64,000 bases of DNA from Chara braunii. Lineage: Eukaryota > Plantae > Charophyceae. How positions within the stretch are numbered: the first letter of the stretch is position 1; each line of letters opens with the position of its first letter. Shown in pieces: positions 52,122-64,000 of the stretch. The notes below the pieces were generated by a model. That model saw only the letters and a program-made list of their open reading frames with translations. It made no database searches and had not been told where the DNA came from. The position numbers were made by a program, and so were the translations under genes. The stretch is from positions 564,310 through 628,309 of the forward strand of contig BFEA01000002.1 in NCBI GenBank assembly GCA_003427395.1. The letters are read 5' to 3'.

Positions 52122-52247
52122 GGCCATACTCACACTACGTACGGCTTTTTTCGACGTAGATATGGACATGATTGCTGTCAGATGCATCTAATCGTCGGCG
52201 TAATTGCGGTCAGATACATTCACGAAAGTGTTAGTGTGAGCAGGCCC
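52122..52247. mobile_element. PIF/Harbinger-like MITE (short copy)
   Basis: GGCCATACTCACACTA ... TAGTGTGAGCAGGCCC|TCA. Confidence 0.7.
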
Positions 52248-54537
52248 TCACAGTGGATAATCACACGGCACACAACATTGCTGTCCCGACCGATAGCAGG
52301 ACTTTCCCAGGTTGCATTTGACGTCGGATACGACCAGATTCGATTCTATTGAAAAAGTCGGCTGTCGCGACCGATAGCAATGAATTTGCCATGCCGTGGC
52401 AGGTCTGCATACGACCCGTCAATCCTATTCCCTTTTGGCCTCCCTTTTGTTTTCTTAATTAATAATTAAATATTATTTTCTTAATCTTCAAGTTGTTTTG
52501 CCCTCAACGAATGCACTTTACCTATTTCTCTGGACGATGCATTCCTTCTCTTTTCGTTTCGACTGTGGTGTGGCGAGGCCCTATGTATAGTACAGGGGAA
52601 CACCAACCAAACCTGGAACTGGAACTCTCCCCTTTGTTTCGAGTATGCAAAACAAAAACTACGTGCAAAACGCAGATTTTTTACCATAATCATAAGATTG
52701 CACTCGAAGACGGGAACCTCACAATTCTGTCCCGGGGTAGGTGCCATCGCAGTGCATTTTACATTTCTGGCCGTAGATTGTGGAGATCGAGGCTAGAAAT
52801 GAAGAACGTGCTACGGTGGACCTAGCCCCGGGAAAGTACTGGGACCATTACCCAGCTTCGGCTATTGATGGCAACCAGGTGCAAGGTCCCATAAAACACT
52901 CCAGACCACCCTGACTCTTCGGGGGCAAGGCTATAACCTTATAGGCACTCGCTCCACCACAACTGTCCATTTTGCAAAAATAAGAGAAATGGTTATCCCA
53001 AAAAAAACATATGTATAATACAGTGTACAAGGTGCAAATACAATGCACTTACGTTGTGCAAAGACTTTTGGGGTACAACTTTTCCAGGGCGGCCCTTTAC
53101 GGGGTAAGTTGTATTTGCATTCTGGGTTATGAGAGGGTGGCCCTGGAATATATGACAGGCCCCTGGCCTCATCTCTTTGATTGGAAATTGATTGGAAATA
53201 AATGCTGCTTTCTGTGGGAAAAGAAGAAGAAGGGAAAAAAAAAAAAAAAAAAAAAAGGCATGAACATTCTACTCTGTTCCCCACCCCCCTCCCTCAAATT
53301 TGGTAGCAAATTTCAACAATTTGCATTGTACGTCGACTTTTTTTTTGTTGATATTTTTTGAACTTTTTAAATGGTGAAAAATATTTCAAGTGCCGCAGAC
53401 TTCGAATACAACGTACAAACGTTATATTTGACCGTACGTTCTATTCGGAAAAAAAAAGACAACGGTTTTCAAAAGTCTGATTTGTGAAGGTAATTCAAAT
53501 AGAATGTACGAACGTTTTTTTCGGGGTAAGAAGGTAGCCTGTAAAATTGCAAAACTTGTGCAACTCTTAGGGTCACACATTCCCCGTACTCACATATGTC
53601 GGCGGCCCGGGGAGCAGCAGGCATACGCATTTTCTGGGCGCCTTTGGGGCACGGTTCCACTGGCACGCGAGTCATGGCCTAAAAGGACCCGTGCGAGTGG
53701 GGGATGAAGTTGACGTTTCAAGTGTCGCAAAAGGCCATGATTTGCGTGCTACTTGAACCGTGCCCTAGAGTCCCAAGATGGTAATGAGGCTGACGTTTCA
53801 AGCGTTGCGAAATATCACTGTTTTCTTGAACGTATTTGTGCATAGGTTCATTCAACTAGTTCATTCAATTTCGTATATGCATCTGTGAAAATACATGTCC
53901 AGATTCATGTGAGTCGTGCAATCGTCTCTTATACTTGGCCGTCGCCCCTCCTCTCAGGCAGACGACCTCCTCCCTTCCAACTCACCCTCCCCTCTCCTCC
54001 TTCAAGTTTTGTTTCCCACCCCGCCAATGTCGAAAGAGGTCAAAGTGGTACGTGGCGATTGCAGTCTCACCTTCCACCACGAGCGAGTCTCTTAGTATGC
54101 TCGATGGGGCATCCGTCTTTGACAACTGTCATTCGTGCAGTTCGTATATTTTGAAAAATAATAAAGTACTCGATGAGGTTGCAATTCATCAGGAAAAAAA
54201 AAACAGTCAAAACCATCCCCTTCGAGTACTTGTTTTTCCTTTTCTCATTTGAAGTATTGCGAATCAAAATGAGTCCTATTTTTTTTCCCTGCCTCTCATT
54301 CTTAGCAATTGAAGAAAAAAAAAAAAACAAAAAAAACACTACTTCATAATATAAATCCATGCTGATTTTACTGCCATTCGATTTTCCTGCATCAATGGTC
54401 AGGCCATGTCCTACAGATATCCCACAGGTGTTTGTAAGATACATTTTACCTTATTCGTATGTTAATGGAACCGTGTCTCTCGAGGTGCCCGCGAAATGTG
54501 TATTGTTTCTATGATTTTTTTTCGCATCCATTAATAA

Positions 54538-54694
54538 ACCACTCGTACCTCGGCCATATATCGGTCGTGGGCTGGTGCCTCTACTATCGGGGGCCAATGC
54601 AAAATTTGGGCCATTGATGAAAATTACCAACGACGGCCTGGATCCCCGGAGATCGAGGTGTGTTAATGCCTTCGAGGGTCGAGATACTAGTGGT
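54538..54694. mobile_element. TTAA-bounded family copy
   Basis: ATAA|ACCACTCGTACCTCGG ... TCGAGATACTAGTGGT|TTAA. Confidence 0.7.
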
Positions 54695-56157
54695 TTAATT
54701 TTTTGTGTTTCGCATTGTGTGACTATACAACGTGTAAATTAACATTTGGAAACTGAAGACTAATCGCGGTAGTGTCTTTTCTGTTTTGTATTAGATGTGG
54801 GAAAGTTGTATGATCAGGCGGTGCTTTATAATTACAAAATCATCAATGTAATTTTTTCGATTTTATATGATGTTGTAAGTAGATCCTCAGTTTGACTTCT
54901 GATTTGCATAACCGAGTCTCAAAACTGCTCAAAAACGTCCTATGGAGAACACTATTGATGAAGTAAGAGTGTCATGCCTACACAAACAAAACATTTAAGG
55001 GAGATCTTGAGTCGGGACAACACGGTCCAATATATATATATATATATTTTTTTTTTTTTTAATTTATTCTACAACAATATAAAATGGATAGAGAATTCAA
55101 GAGTAATAAATTGAGAGCAACAGAGCTACGATCATGTTTTTCTCCACTTTATAGGTCTGACAACTTACCTCACTCTCAAGTTTCACATAATACAAAGAGT
55201 GGTGAAGTGAGGCCCATAGTCTTTTACCAAACAAAACTTGCTCATAGTTTTTCCACGCTCGGGTCAATCCTTATACATTTAAAAACCGCATAAAATACAA
55301 AAAGACGTCTCATGCGCAAACTATATTTAGAACTGAGGTTTCACTAGCGAGTGTATTAGATGAGTGTAAGAGTATCATAAAAAAGTTTCTTCTATTTATT
55401 CTCAACTATATCTATATACAATTCAATTTTAAATGCCTTAAAAATAAAAGATCGGTTATTGTCTGCGACAATCACCAAACAAATATGAACTCAGATATGA
55501 TATTTCGCCCGATTTCGTATTGTGTGTACATTATGTTGATGATACTGATGTATGTTAGACGTCATATTGTTTCGACCATGTAACCATTGATACATCGGTT
55601 TATCACTGTTCAAAGACATACATGGTTTATATGATGTTCAACCTCGTGGAACAATTTTTTTTAATGAGTATGTCTGAATAATTGGGTTTAAAGGTATGGG
55701 GATTTTTTTTATATTTTTTTTAATATTCATTTTTTTCAGTTTTCTTTCACTTACACGTCTTGTATTTTTATTGTATTTAATAATTTGATTTTTTTTTTTC
55801 CATTATATAATCATAGCGTGTTCCCTAATACGACCGAAAGGAAAAAAATTGTACAAAAAACATGTTCAATTTGTTTTACATTGTGATCTACATGACACAA
55901 TTTCGTATTTTTTTTACCATTTTTTACTTTGTTACATATAAAGGTAAACATCGATGTTAATGAGTTTTCATATCCTCAAATTTTTAATGTCATGTCGTAC
56001 ATCGTTTTTATTTTTTTAAGATCATAGACCAAATATTTAACTAGTCAAAACAAAAACTAAACTTGTTTTTAGCTAAAGGTCAAGAAAGGTATAAACATAT
56101 CATATTTTAACTAATTCATAATGCTTACAGCCTTACATAATAATGTATTGTTACAAG

Positions 56158-56942
56158 CAATGTCACCAGCCCGTACGTACGGGGGTCCCCGGACAGACAT
56201 CCGTACGTACGGGCGTTCGGGGTTCCGTACGAGGTCCAAACCCGACGGCATTCGGCCCACGCCAAAAATTATTTCGGGGCCTCACAATAATTTTGTTTTT
56301 ATGATTTGTTTTTGGTAAGTTATCAACGACGTCAGATACATGCCTATAAATTTTCAAGTCATTTAGCTCAGCCAAATAAGAATTAAAAATCGTCAAAAAT
56401 GGCGGTATCAAAACGTGCTCGCCTACGTTGTTTTTCACTTTTTACTTATTGTTTTCACTTTCGTTCGAGGTCTTAACAATTTTATTATTATTTTTAATTC
56501 TTTTAGTGGGTTTTGCATTATGTAAAGTATATATTTGTAAATTTTCAGGGCATTTAGCTATGCCAAAAAAAAATAAAAAATCGCAAAAGATGGCGGTGTC
56601 GAAAATGTGCTCGTGCACTCACTAATTTTTTTATTTTTATTTTTTTTTATTATTAGTATTTATTTTTTAGTATTTTATTTTATTTCAAATTTGGTAAGGA
56701 ATTTGGATGTTATGCTAAAAACAATCTTGTTTAATTTATTTTTCTTCATAATATTTTTTTTTTCATTTTTNNNNNNNNNNNNNNNNNNNNNNNNNNNNNN
56801 NNNNNNNNNNNNNNNNNNNNNNNNNNNNNNNNNNNNNNNNNNNNNNNNNNNNNNNNNNNNNNNNNNNNNNNNNNNNNNNNNNNNNNNNNAAGGAGTCCCA
56901 TACGTTCGGGCGTTCAGACCGTCCCGAACGCCGGTTACCCTG
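56158..56942. mobile_element. Non-autonomous hAT element with CGTACG/CGAAC subterminal repeats (contains a gap)
   Basis: Imperfect TIR CAATGTCACC / GGTTACCCTG; perfect 8-bp TSD GTTACAAG at 56150-56157 and 56943-56950. Confidence 0.82.
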
Positions 56943-57048
56943 GTTACAAGTAAATTATATATATATATATATATATATTCTATTTGATGATATATATATA
57001 TATATATATCGTCAAATAGAACTGCCCGGTAAACCGTAGGCACAGAGA

Positions 57049-57118
<70 letters not shown>

Positions 57119-58899
57119 ATTTATTTATTTATTTTTTGCTCCTAGTTCTGCTTTACCTTTTTTTTGTCCTTTTTGTTTTTCTTCCTCTTTGTTTTTATTT
57201 GTCTATTATTTATTTATTTATTTTTTTCTTTTTTTGGTGTTGTTTAATGTCTTGTTGATTCACCAAGCATATGACACATCAAAACACATAATCTGATATA
57301 ACATTCACGCTTTGTGTAAGTCTCTATGTCGTCAAATGTTTTAGCACATTACCACGTCATTGACTATAAGGGTGCTAACATGTGGTATTTTTGGAAGTTC
57401 TTGGAGAGGGTAATATGGATAGATAGAGTGATCAATAGATACTCCCATAAAATAATAAATGAATATACATAGATTGATAAATACTAGTCGAATATGTAGA
57501 TAAATATATAGTTAAAAACATATAGTTATTTATATTAATGCATATTATATTGATATGCATCATTATTTTTCGTAGATTGCCATGTTCAATGCATCAACCC
57601 GGATGCACACGGAAAAGGGGCTTGCACCAAGGTTTTTCTGCCCGTATTACCCAAAAAGTGAGATATCAGATACGCTTGAATGACAAGGACCCGATCTAAC
57701 GGAGTGCGTTTTTTAGCAGAACGTTGTACACAGGTTGCTTAGTATTTTTCAACATCGAATAGGTTATCATAATAATGATGATTATTTGAAAAAATCACAT
57801 GATGGGATTAAAGTACCTGCGATAATCTGCCAAAAACTTATTTAGATCAAGCCTGCGATTGGAAAGTTGAAGTTTGATCTACATAAAAAACGGACAGCTG
57901 TCGATGTTCGAAAATGATTATTGTTGGCAAGGTGTGGCTAGTTGCCATCTTGACAAGTTGTCACGGTAATTTACAGTCGCCACAAACTGCTTAGACGGAC
58001 TGTACAAAATAAAATGAACTTTAACGCAGAACGTTGACATCGACAAGTGGTGTCATTGTTGAGGTATGACACTTGGCACGTGCAGATAGTTAGTAGTTGG
58101 ATTCTGTTCTTTTATTTTATTTTCGTTAGTTGTAGTTAGATTATTATTATTATTATTATTTTTTTTATTATCATTCAAGGGTTTTTTTTTTTTTTTTTTT
58201 CGATCTCGTACTTCACGAGACTCGTCTGAATCAATGAATCCTCAACACAACCACGAGAAAGTTCATTCTCATCGAGGTTGTTGATATGGGGCCTTGGGCT
58301 TGGCCCGATCGATACTTGCACGCACCCTCGAGGGAGGCAGCCATCGCGTAGGCGTGACTGAAAAGGAACGAGCGAGGTGAGATGAAGAAATGATAGCACA
58401 ACGAGAGGAAGGAGTGAGTGCAAAAGGGGGGCGAACTTGTGCGTTAGGGGATGGTATTGAGTGTGAAAGGGATGGTGACAGCTCCCGCAGGTAGAGGTGA
58501 GTTGTACCTTGCGGAACCTCTGTCCTATCGCAGGGGCCGCGAGAGGCATAACATTCGCGAACAGTCGAAGTGGTATTTCGTAAAAGTGACTTAAGACTCC
58601 TCCATGATGCGACTGTGAGGTCTGACACAAGAATTACTTTACGTCTGGGTGTGGGACCACCGCGCACGACAGGTGACACTGTTGTCGGGGATCTCGCTTT
58701 CCAATCGAGGTCCTCAGTGAACGGACTCGGGTATGGTAAGACGATGATCATGGCAAAACGACAATCTTTAATCAAACTAATATAGTATTTGATATGCGGA
58801 TTGGAATTGTGTCAAATAGATGTGATGCGCATTGAAAGGTGTATAGTTATATCGATAATACCTACAAGGGTTATGATGTTAGGGATTTCGATTACCTAC

Positions 58900-59413
58900 C
58901 AACAGAAAAAATTCCCAGAATTAAATAATCATTCTAGAGTAAAATTACATTTTAAATTTTAAAATTTCATTCCATCTTAAAAAATATAATTCCAATTTTA
59001 AAATTTTTCGTCTTACTTGAAAACTTTTCTTCCAAGAAAAGGGTATCCCTTCTTATTTGAACCGCATGCTAAAGATGGAATGAAAGTCTGGATGAGTCCA
59101 TGAAATTTTTTAATTGGACTGCCATTCTAAGTAAGGATTTCCAGTAGGTTAATCCAATCTAAATTAGACGATATTTGTTGTAATAGAATGAAAGTTTAAT
59201 TAAAATATTTCACAAACTCGTCTAGACTTTCATTCCATCTTGAACAATAGATGTAGTTGGAAGGGAAAACTCATATTTAGACGGGAACTTATAAAATTAA
59301 ATTGAAAATTTTAGAATTTGACAAACATTGGAATTATAATTTATAAATATGAAGGATTTTTTTTTTATGAAATATTTTTTCAACTTTTATTTCTCATGGG
59401 AATTTTTCTGTTG
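58900..59413. mobile_element. AT-rich foldback element with long inverted arms
   Basis: Ends CAACAGAAAAAATTCCCA / TGGGAATTTTTCTGTTG; inner arms 59072-59129 and 59183-59241 are reverse complementary. Confidence 0.75.
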
Positions 59414-59809
59414 ACCAACGTCCTTAGAAGAACGAACTAAGGTATAAGATAGTTAGAAGTCTGTGTTAGATAGTGAACGTGATAATTTTATCTGGAAGTT
59501 AAAAGTTAGATTAGTTAACGACTTCAGGGAGGTATTTGTGTATGTTGGATCATTCCTTCAGTTTATATACTCAAGGCATTCGTCCGTGTAGCCGCGTCTT
59601 GTCGACTTAAGTAGTTAGAAGATTAATGACTACACTGACTCTTTTAAAATTTTCAAGGGTCAAGGAGAGATAGGTGTGTGACTAACTATTCTATTTATCT
59701 TTAGCTAGTGTAAACCGACTTTGCCAGCCTTACTTTTTTACGACTTTTCTTTCCTATATCTTTAGTCATTTCTAAGTTGTAGGGTTAAAATGAAATTTCG
59801 TTTCTTGTC

Positions 59810-62120
59810 AGATTGAACTATCTGTAAAGTGCATTGCTTACCACCTTACAAGGTAGAAAACCCTCTACATCCTTGGTTTGTGTCAATAGTAGGTACAACG
59901 AGATAACTTGTATAATGTAAAGTTCACAGGTCATAGCGCATAGTCTTTTCAAGTCTAGATTCTTTATTCAGGATCGTTAAGAATAGTTTTACAATCAGGT
60001 TCATATCTGAATCTTGCCTTTGAACTAGTTCTCCCGTACAACAAGGAAGACTTAGTTATATTATTATTTTTTTTACGAAGACTTTGTGACATTTGTTTCA
60101 AACTCGTTACTATCACACCCGTATATAGCCCCTGTCTAGCATGACGCGCATTATTATTTCTTCAATCACATGGTCGTATGCCCACACATAAAGATTCATT
60201 TATCGTACCACCTAAGACACACAAGTTAGAAACCGACAGAATAAGAGAAAAACAACAAAGAAACTTTTTTGAATAGGTCTGTTGACTTTATAAAAGGAAA
60301 GAAGAGAAAGATATGGAAAAATGTTAGGTTGCGCCATCCCTAGAAGGACTGACTCGATCATGCATCATTCCTTAACGGTATGGCTTAGTACTGTTACAAG
60401 TGCAATAAATACTATGACATTTTTTTGTCACACTTTAAGTCGTTTTGTCGTAGTTACTCTATAAAATGTTACCCTCGTACTTTCCTTTTTGCCTCATCCT
60501 CGATAGTTAATTATCCTTCCCCAACCGTCTCACATTGCAATTCCACTGTCATAGTGCGTACATGATTCACTCTTCGTTTCGCAAGTCGCACCAACAGATC
60601 GTTACTTGTGTATCATGCTTGCACTTTTTCTTTCTATGTCAGAGCAATCTACGCAAGATCATTCTGCACCTTTTCTTTCTATGTCAGAGCAAACTATGCA
60701 AGGTTCAACTCCTACTCCACCATATAGGGGGAATCGTCTAAGAGACAGCCTTTGTAGGATTCAAATGCTGCTTGTCCTGAAGTAACAAGGCTCGAGTATT
60801 GTTCCAATGAGGTTTCAATTTCTAATCTGGATCATTGTCAAAATATAAAAAAGATGAAATCTCCTCAGTGTCTCGTCATTGTAGTACATGTTTTGAGTGA
60901 CGGGAAAGGATCCGGTTGAGGTAAGGGAAGAAAATATGATATGTACTACTAGTTTCCCTTTGAAATGAATAATGTGCGTGAATGACGGACAAACATTCTA
61001 AACCCTTGAAAAAGTGTGTAGTTGTTAGACTACCTACTTAGAGATTATGAACATTAGTGATGTCATTTGTCGTATAGTCTGAGTACAAGATGTCGATTAA
61101 ACTAACCCTATTAGTCATTGCTTACATAGTCAAACTTGATCATCAAATTCTTGAAGCTATACGATATAGTTATTAATTATACACTCGGTTTCGACGGTTG
61201 TTTAACTTTAGAGGTTGTATCGTATAAACGTATGACTCCATCATTATCTGTTTAAGATAATTATCCTCTCCAAAGCTCTATTTAATATAGTTTGATGATG
61301 AGTATATTTACTTAACAGTTAACTAATTCGGGAAGTTGTAATGATAAAAGGTTAAGCGTTTCTGTATGATAGGTGCATTTAAGTGATGAACGATTGTATA
61401 TTAGGGTCTATCAAAGTACAAAGAGGTCTCGACATTTAGTATATATTTTCGTCAGACACACTTGAGATATATATCATATTGTAGCCTTAGAAATCCGATT
61501 ATAGTCATACTGTGAGAAGGTATGAATAAGTAAATGAAATGAAGTAAGTGATAATGTGCTTAGTTGTCTTGACAGTTAAAGATCGATTATTTACTAAAAA
61601 CCTGATTAGGATATTATGCTAATGTGGTATAGAGTCTGATTAATAAGGTTACTAACTGAAATAATAATTTAACCATTAGAAGATTGTGAAGTACAAGTTA
61701 ATTATCAACTTAGTGACTGACTTATCATTAGAGGTGGATAGTATAATGAACGTAATATTAGGTCATCTACGTGAAAAACAGGTTTTCATTTGAGGTTGTA
61801 TATGATAGAGTACGATAATGAATTAGCTTTAGCAATCATTGCATAAAGAGCCTGATTATATTTATCTATTTTGAAAGCTATGTGACTAAACTCGGACCTT
61901 GACGATCGTTTAAACCCTTGAAATTGTATCATGTCAACCATGAATATAAGATTATCTAAGTAACTATTACTTTTTAAGATTATACTCAATATAATCAGAG
62001 TATGAGAGTGTCCACTTAAGGGTTATTTAACTCCTTGAATAACATAAAGAGTGATAAAACTACGTATTCCCACGATGATAAATGTGTATGACTTTGTATG
62101 AATGAATAGGTGTGAGAATG
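59810..62120 (-). mobile_element. Highly decayed non-LTR retrotransposon (LINE) ORF2: RT, possibly RNase H
   Basis: Degenerate motifs in the right order and spacing: KSYT..SWEYV (~62061-62097, like KAYD.V.W), RQG..FSHIAFKI (~61868-61905, like RQG..LSP.LFNI), FHVDDLIL (~61755-61778, like YADD) and FTDSS (~59813-59829, like FTDGS). Many stops and frameshifts. Confidence 0.55.
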
Positions 62121-64000
62121 AATGACATATGTTTCTAGTGACGTATCATTGTTTGTTTTGTTATTGGTTAAGTGAAGTTTAAATCTGTTATGTATATATT
62201 TATTGATTGTTTGGTGAATGTTTGTGCATGCCTGAATATGTTTATGAATTGCTCTTCTCGATAAGGGTAAAAAAACTATACAAAATTCATATTCGGCATG
62301 AGACCCAAGGTGAATGGAGTGACCAACCTTTAAAGAGAATGAATTCTCTCAAGGGAAGTCAACATGCAAAAACTGTCATTTGGGAGATTGCAACGTTCAT
62401 TGGTACTTTTACCGGATGGGTTTGTAAAAAGTATAATTAAGTTTTGTAGGCGGTAGTGAGACTCACGCTGAAACAATGTTCCTGATCGACAGTGAGGTGT
62501 TGTCATCTTTCCTTGTACAGGAGAGATGACTGCACTATCGTCGAAAGGGAGGAAGGTGTTCAAGACCTTGTTTGAACTCTGATGGTGAGTGAGACAACTA
62601 CTACTTAGTCTGAGCACGCTTGGAGTGGTAGTCCAAGCGAAGCTCATGCTAGATGGGTCCACAACACCCTGAACGGGTATGGTCTTACCAACCAGCCTTT
62701 AGACGAGTGTGAATGGGATCGTCTGACTGTTCTCGACGAGGTCAACCAGGTACAAAGCACTGAAACCAGAGGGAGGTGTGGTGAGGTTCAGTCCTAGAAG
62801 CGGGGCTCGGGATCTGAGATGTTATCTTTTGATTGAATTACACCACCCCTTGACACAATATACCCCTGTTACGCCTAGAGGAGTAGTATATGTTATGTCA
62901 TTGTTATTGTTGTCTTTGTAACTTCACTGTCATCATTCTTGTAAAATCTTAAATTGTAACAATTGTTCTCATTGTTATTAAGGGTACAAGTTGATGTTTG
63001 TTTGAATTGGTATGACTAAATGTTTTAATATCATATGAATTATTATGTACTTTATTTTCAATATTGAACATTTCTTCTACTATCTTAAGTTATATTCCTT
63101 GTTTATGGCAAGAGAATGTTATTTACGCTTGTATTGTAAAGTTCCGTGAAAACAGGGAGAAACCTCTGCGTACGGTGATAAGTTGCGTATAGTACGTTTC
63201 TTCGATGGTGATATTGATATGAATGGCGGAATGTGGTTCAATATTTTTTTATGATTGTCCTTGAAAATTTTAAATCAGTTTTGGACAACTTCAATTTAAT
63301 ACCCAGGTCCGAGTATTATGCATACGTTCATGCAGTATATTATCAAAGGCAAAACCCCAGAGGTGAGTATGACGGCGATCTAAATTGAGTTTATTTTGAA
63401 TCTTCGAATTATTTTGGACCCTCAGATCATTAATATTAGGCAGGCAAGATAAGTGTCCTGCTTGAAAAGACATTAGAGAGATGTCTTGAAAAAATGCCGC
63501 TCATTCCTCTATAGAGTTAGTCTGAGATAAGCCTGCAAGATCCAAAGAGATGAACTAATTCGAAAATGGTGATGTTTTGAAATACATTTTTGCATCAATG
63601 GTGATGTGGAAACCAATATTTTTATTTGGGATATGAAACAATTCTGTATATTTTGAAAGATCCCTGAGATGGTCCTTAATCCTCCATTAAGTGACAACCT
63701 CACAATGAAATATTTATTTTTATGGTTTTGAGTGAACATCGTTCATCCACGAAGTGGTAACCTTACAAGGATAAAAATATTTTGATGATGATTTTTTTTG
63801 TATATATTGAATTTAACATCATTTATCCACTTCAGGAGGTCAGTCTGAGGGATTGAAATTACAAAAACTATGGTGAAAAATTGACATCGTTGGGACGTAA
63901 CTCCCAGCGTGGGCTGCTGACCAAGTATAACCAGACAGCGAACCTTCTGATTTTGGCCTAGAGTTGAAACCTGAGGGGTGACCACCCTGATGAAGGAATC

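Noticed and set aside
43510-52247. Inverted homologous segments flanking the MAPK, suggesting gene capture by a large transposon
   Set aside because: Each segment is part of a complete, separate Harbinger-like MITE with its own two TIRs.

Overview
This window is eukaryotic nuclear DNA from a draft assembly with several N-gaps. It is most likely a streptophyte plant or alga; the Gly-rich kinase and repeat-rich context suggest a charophyte such as Chara, but this is inference. One clear protein gene is present: a plant group D (TDY) MAP kinase on the minus strand (about 46086-48292) with an intronless kinase domain. Its likely MPK8/15-like N-terminus (MGGALFDAIRHW) is out of frame with the kinase across a ~90-nt poly-G tract. 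The rest is mostly non-autonomous mobile DNA: four hAT-type elements with perfect 8-bp TSDs, a Tc2/pogo-like hairpin MITE family (~9 copies), a PIF/Harbinger-like MITE family (4 copies), a tRNA-derived SINE, a foldback element and a decayed LINE. There are also two organellar inserts (mitochondrial-type trnD-GUC and an SSU rRNA 3' piece) and many tandem repeats and microsatellites. The most unusual signal is an abundant TTAA-bounded element family (termini ACCRCCAGTAC...GTACTGGYGGT) that fits neither piggyBac nor Kolobok end rules. It forms a head-to-tail, cassette-like array at about 31.3-33.8 kb. No CRISPR array or prokaryotic operon is supported, and most short ORFs in the track are spurious.
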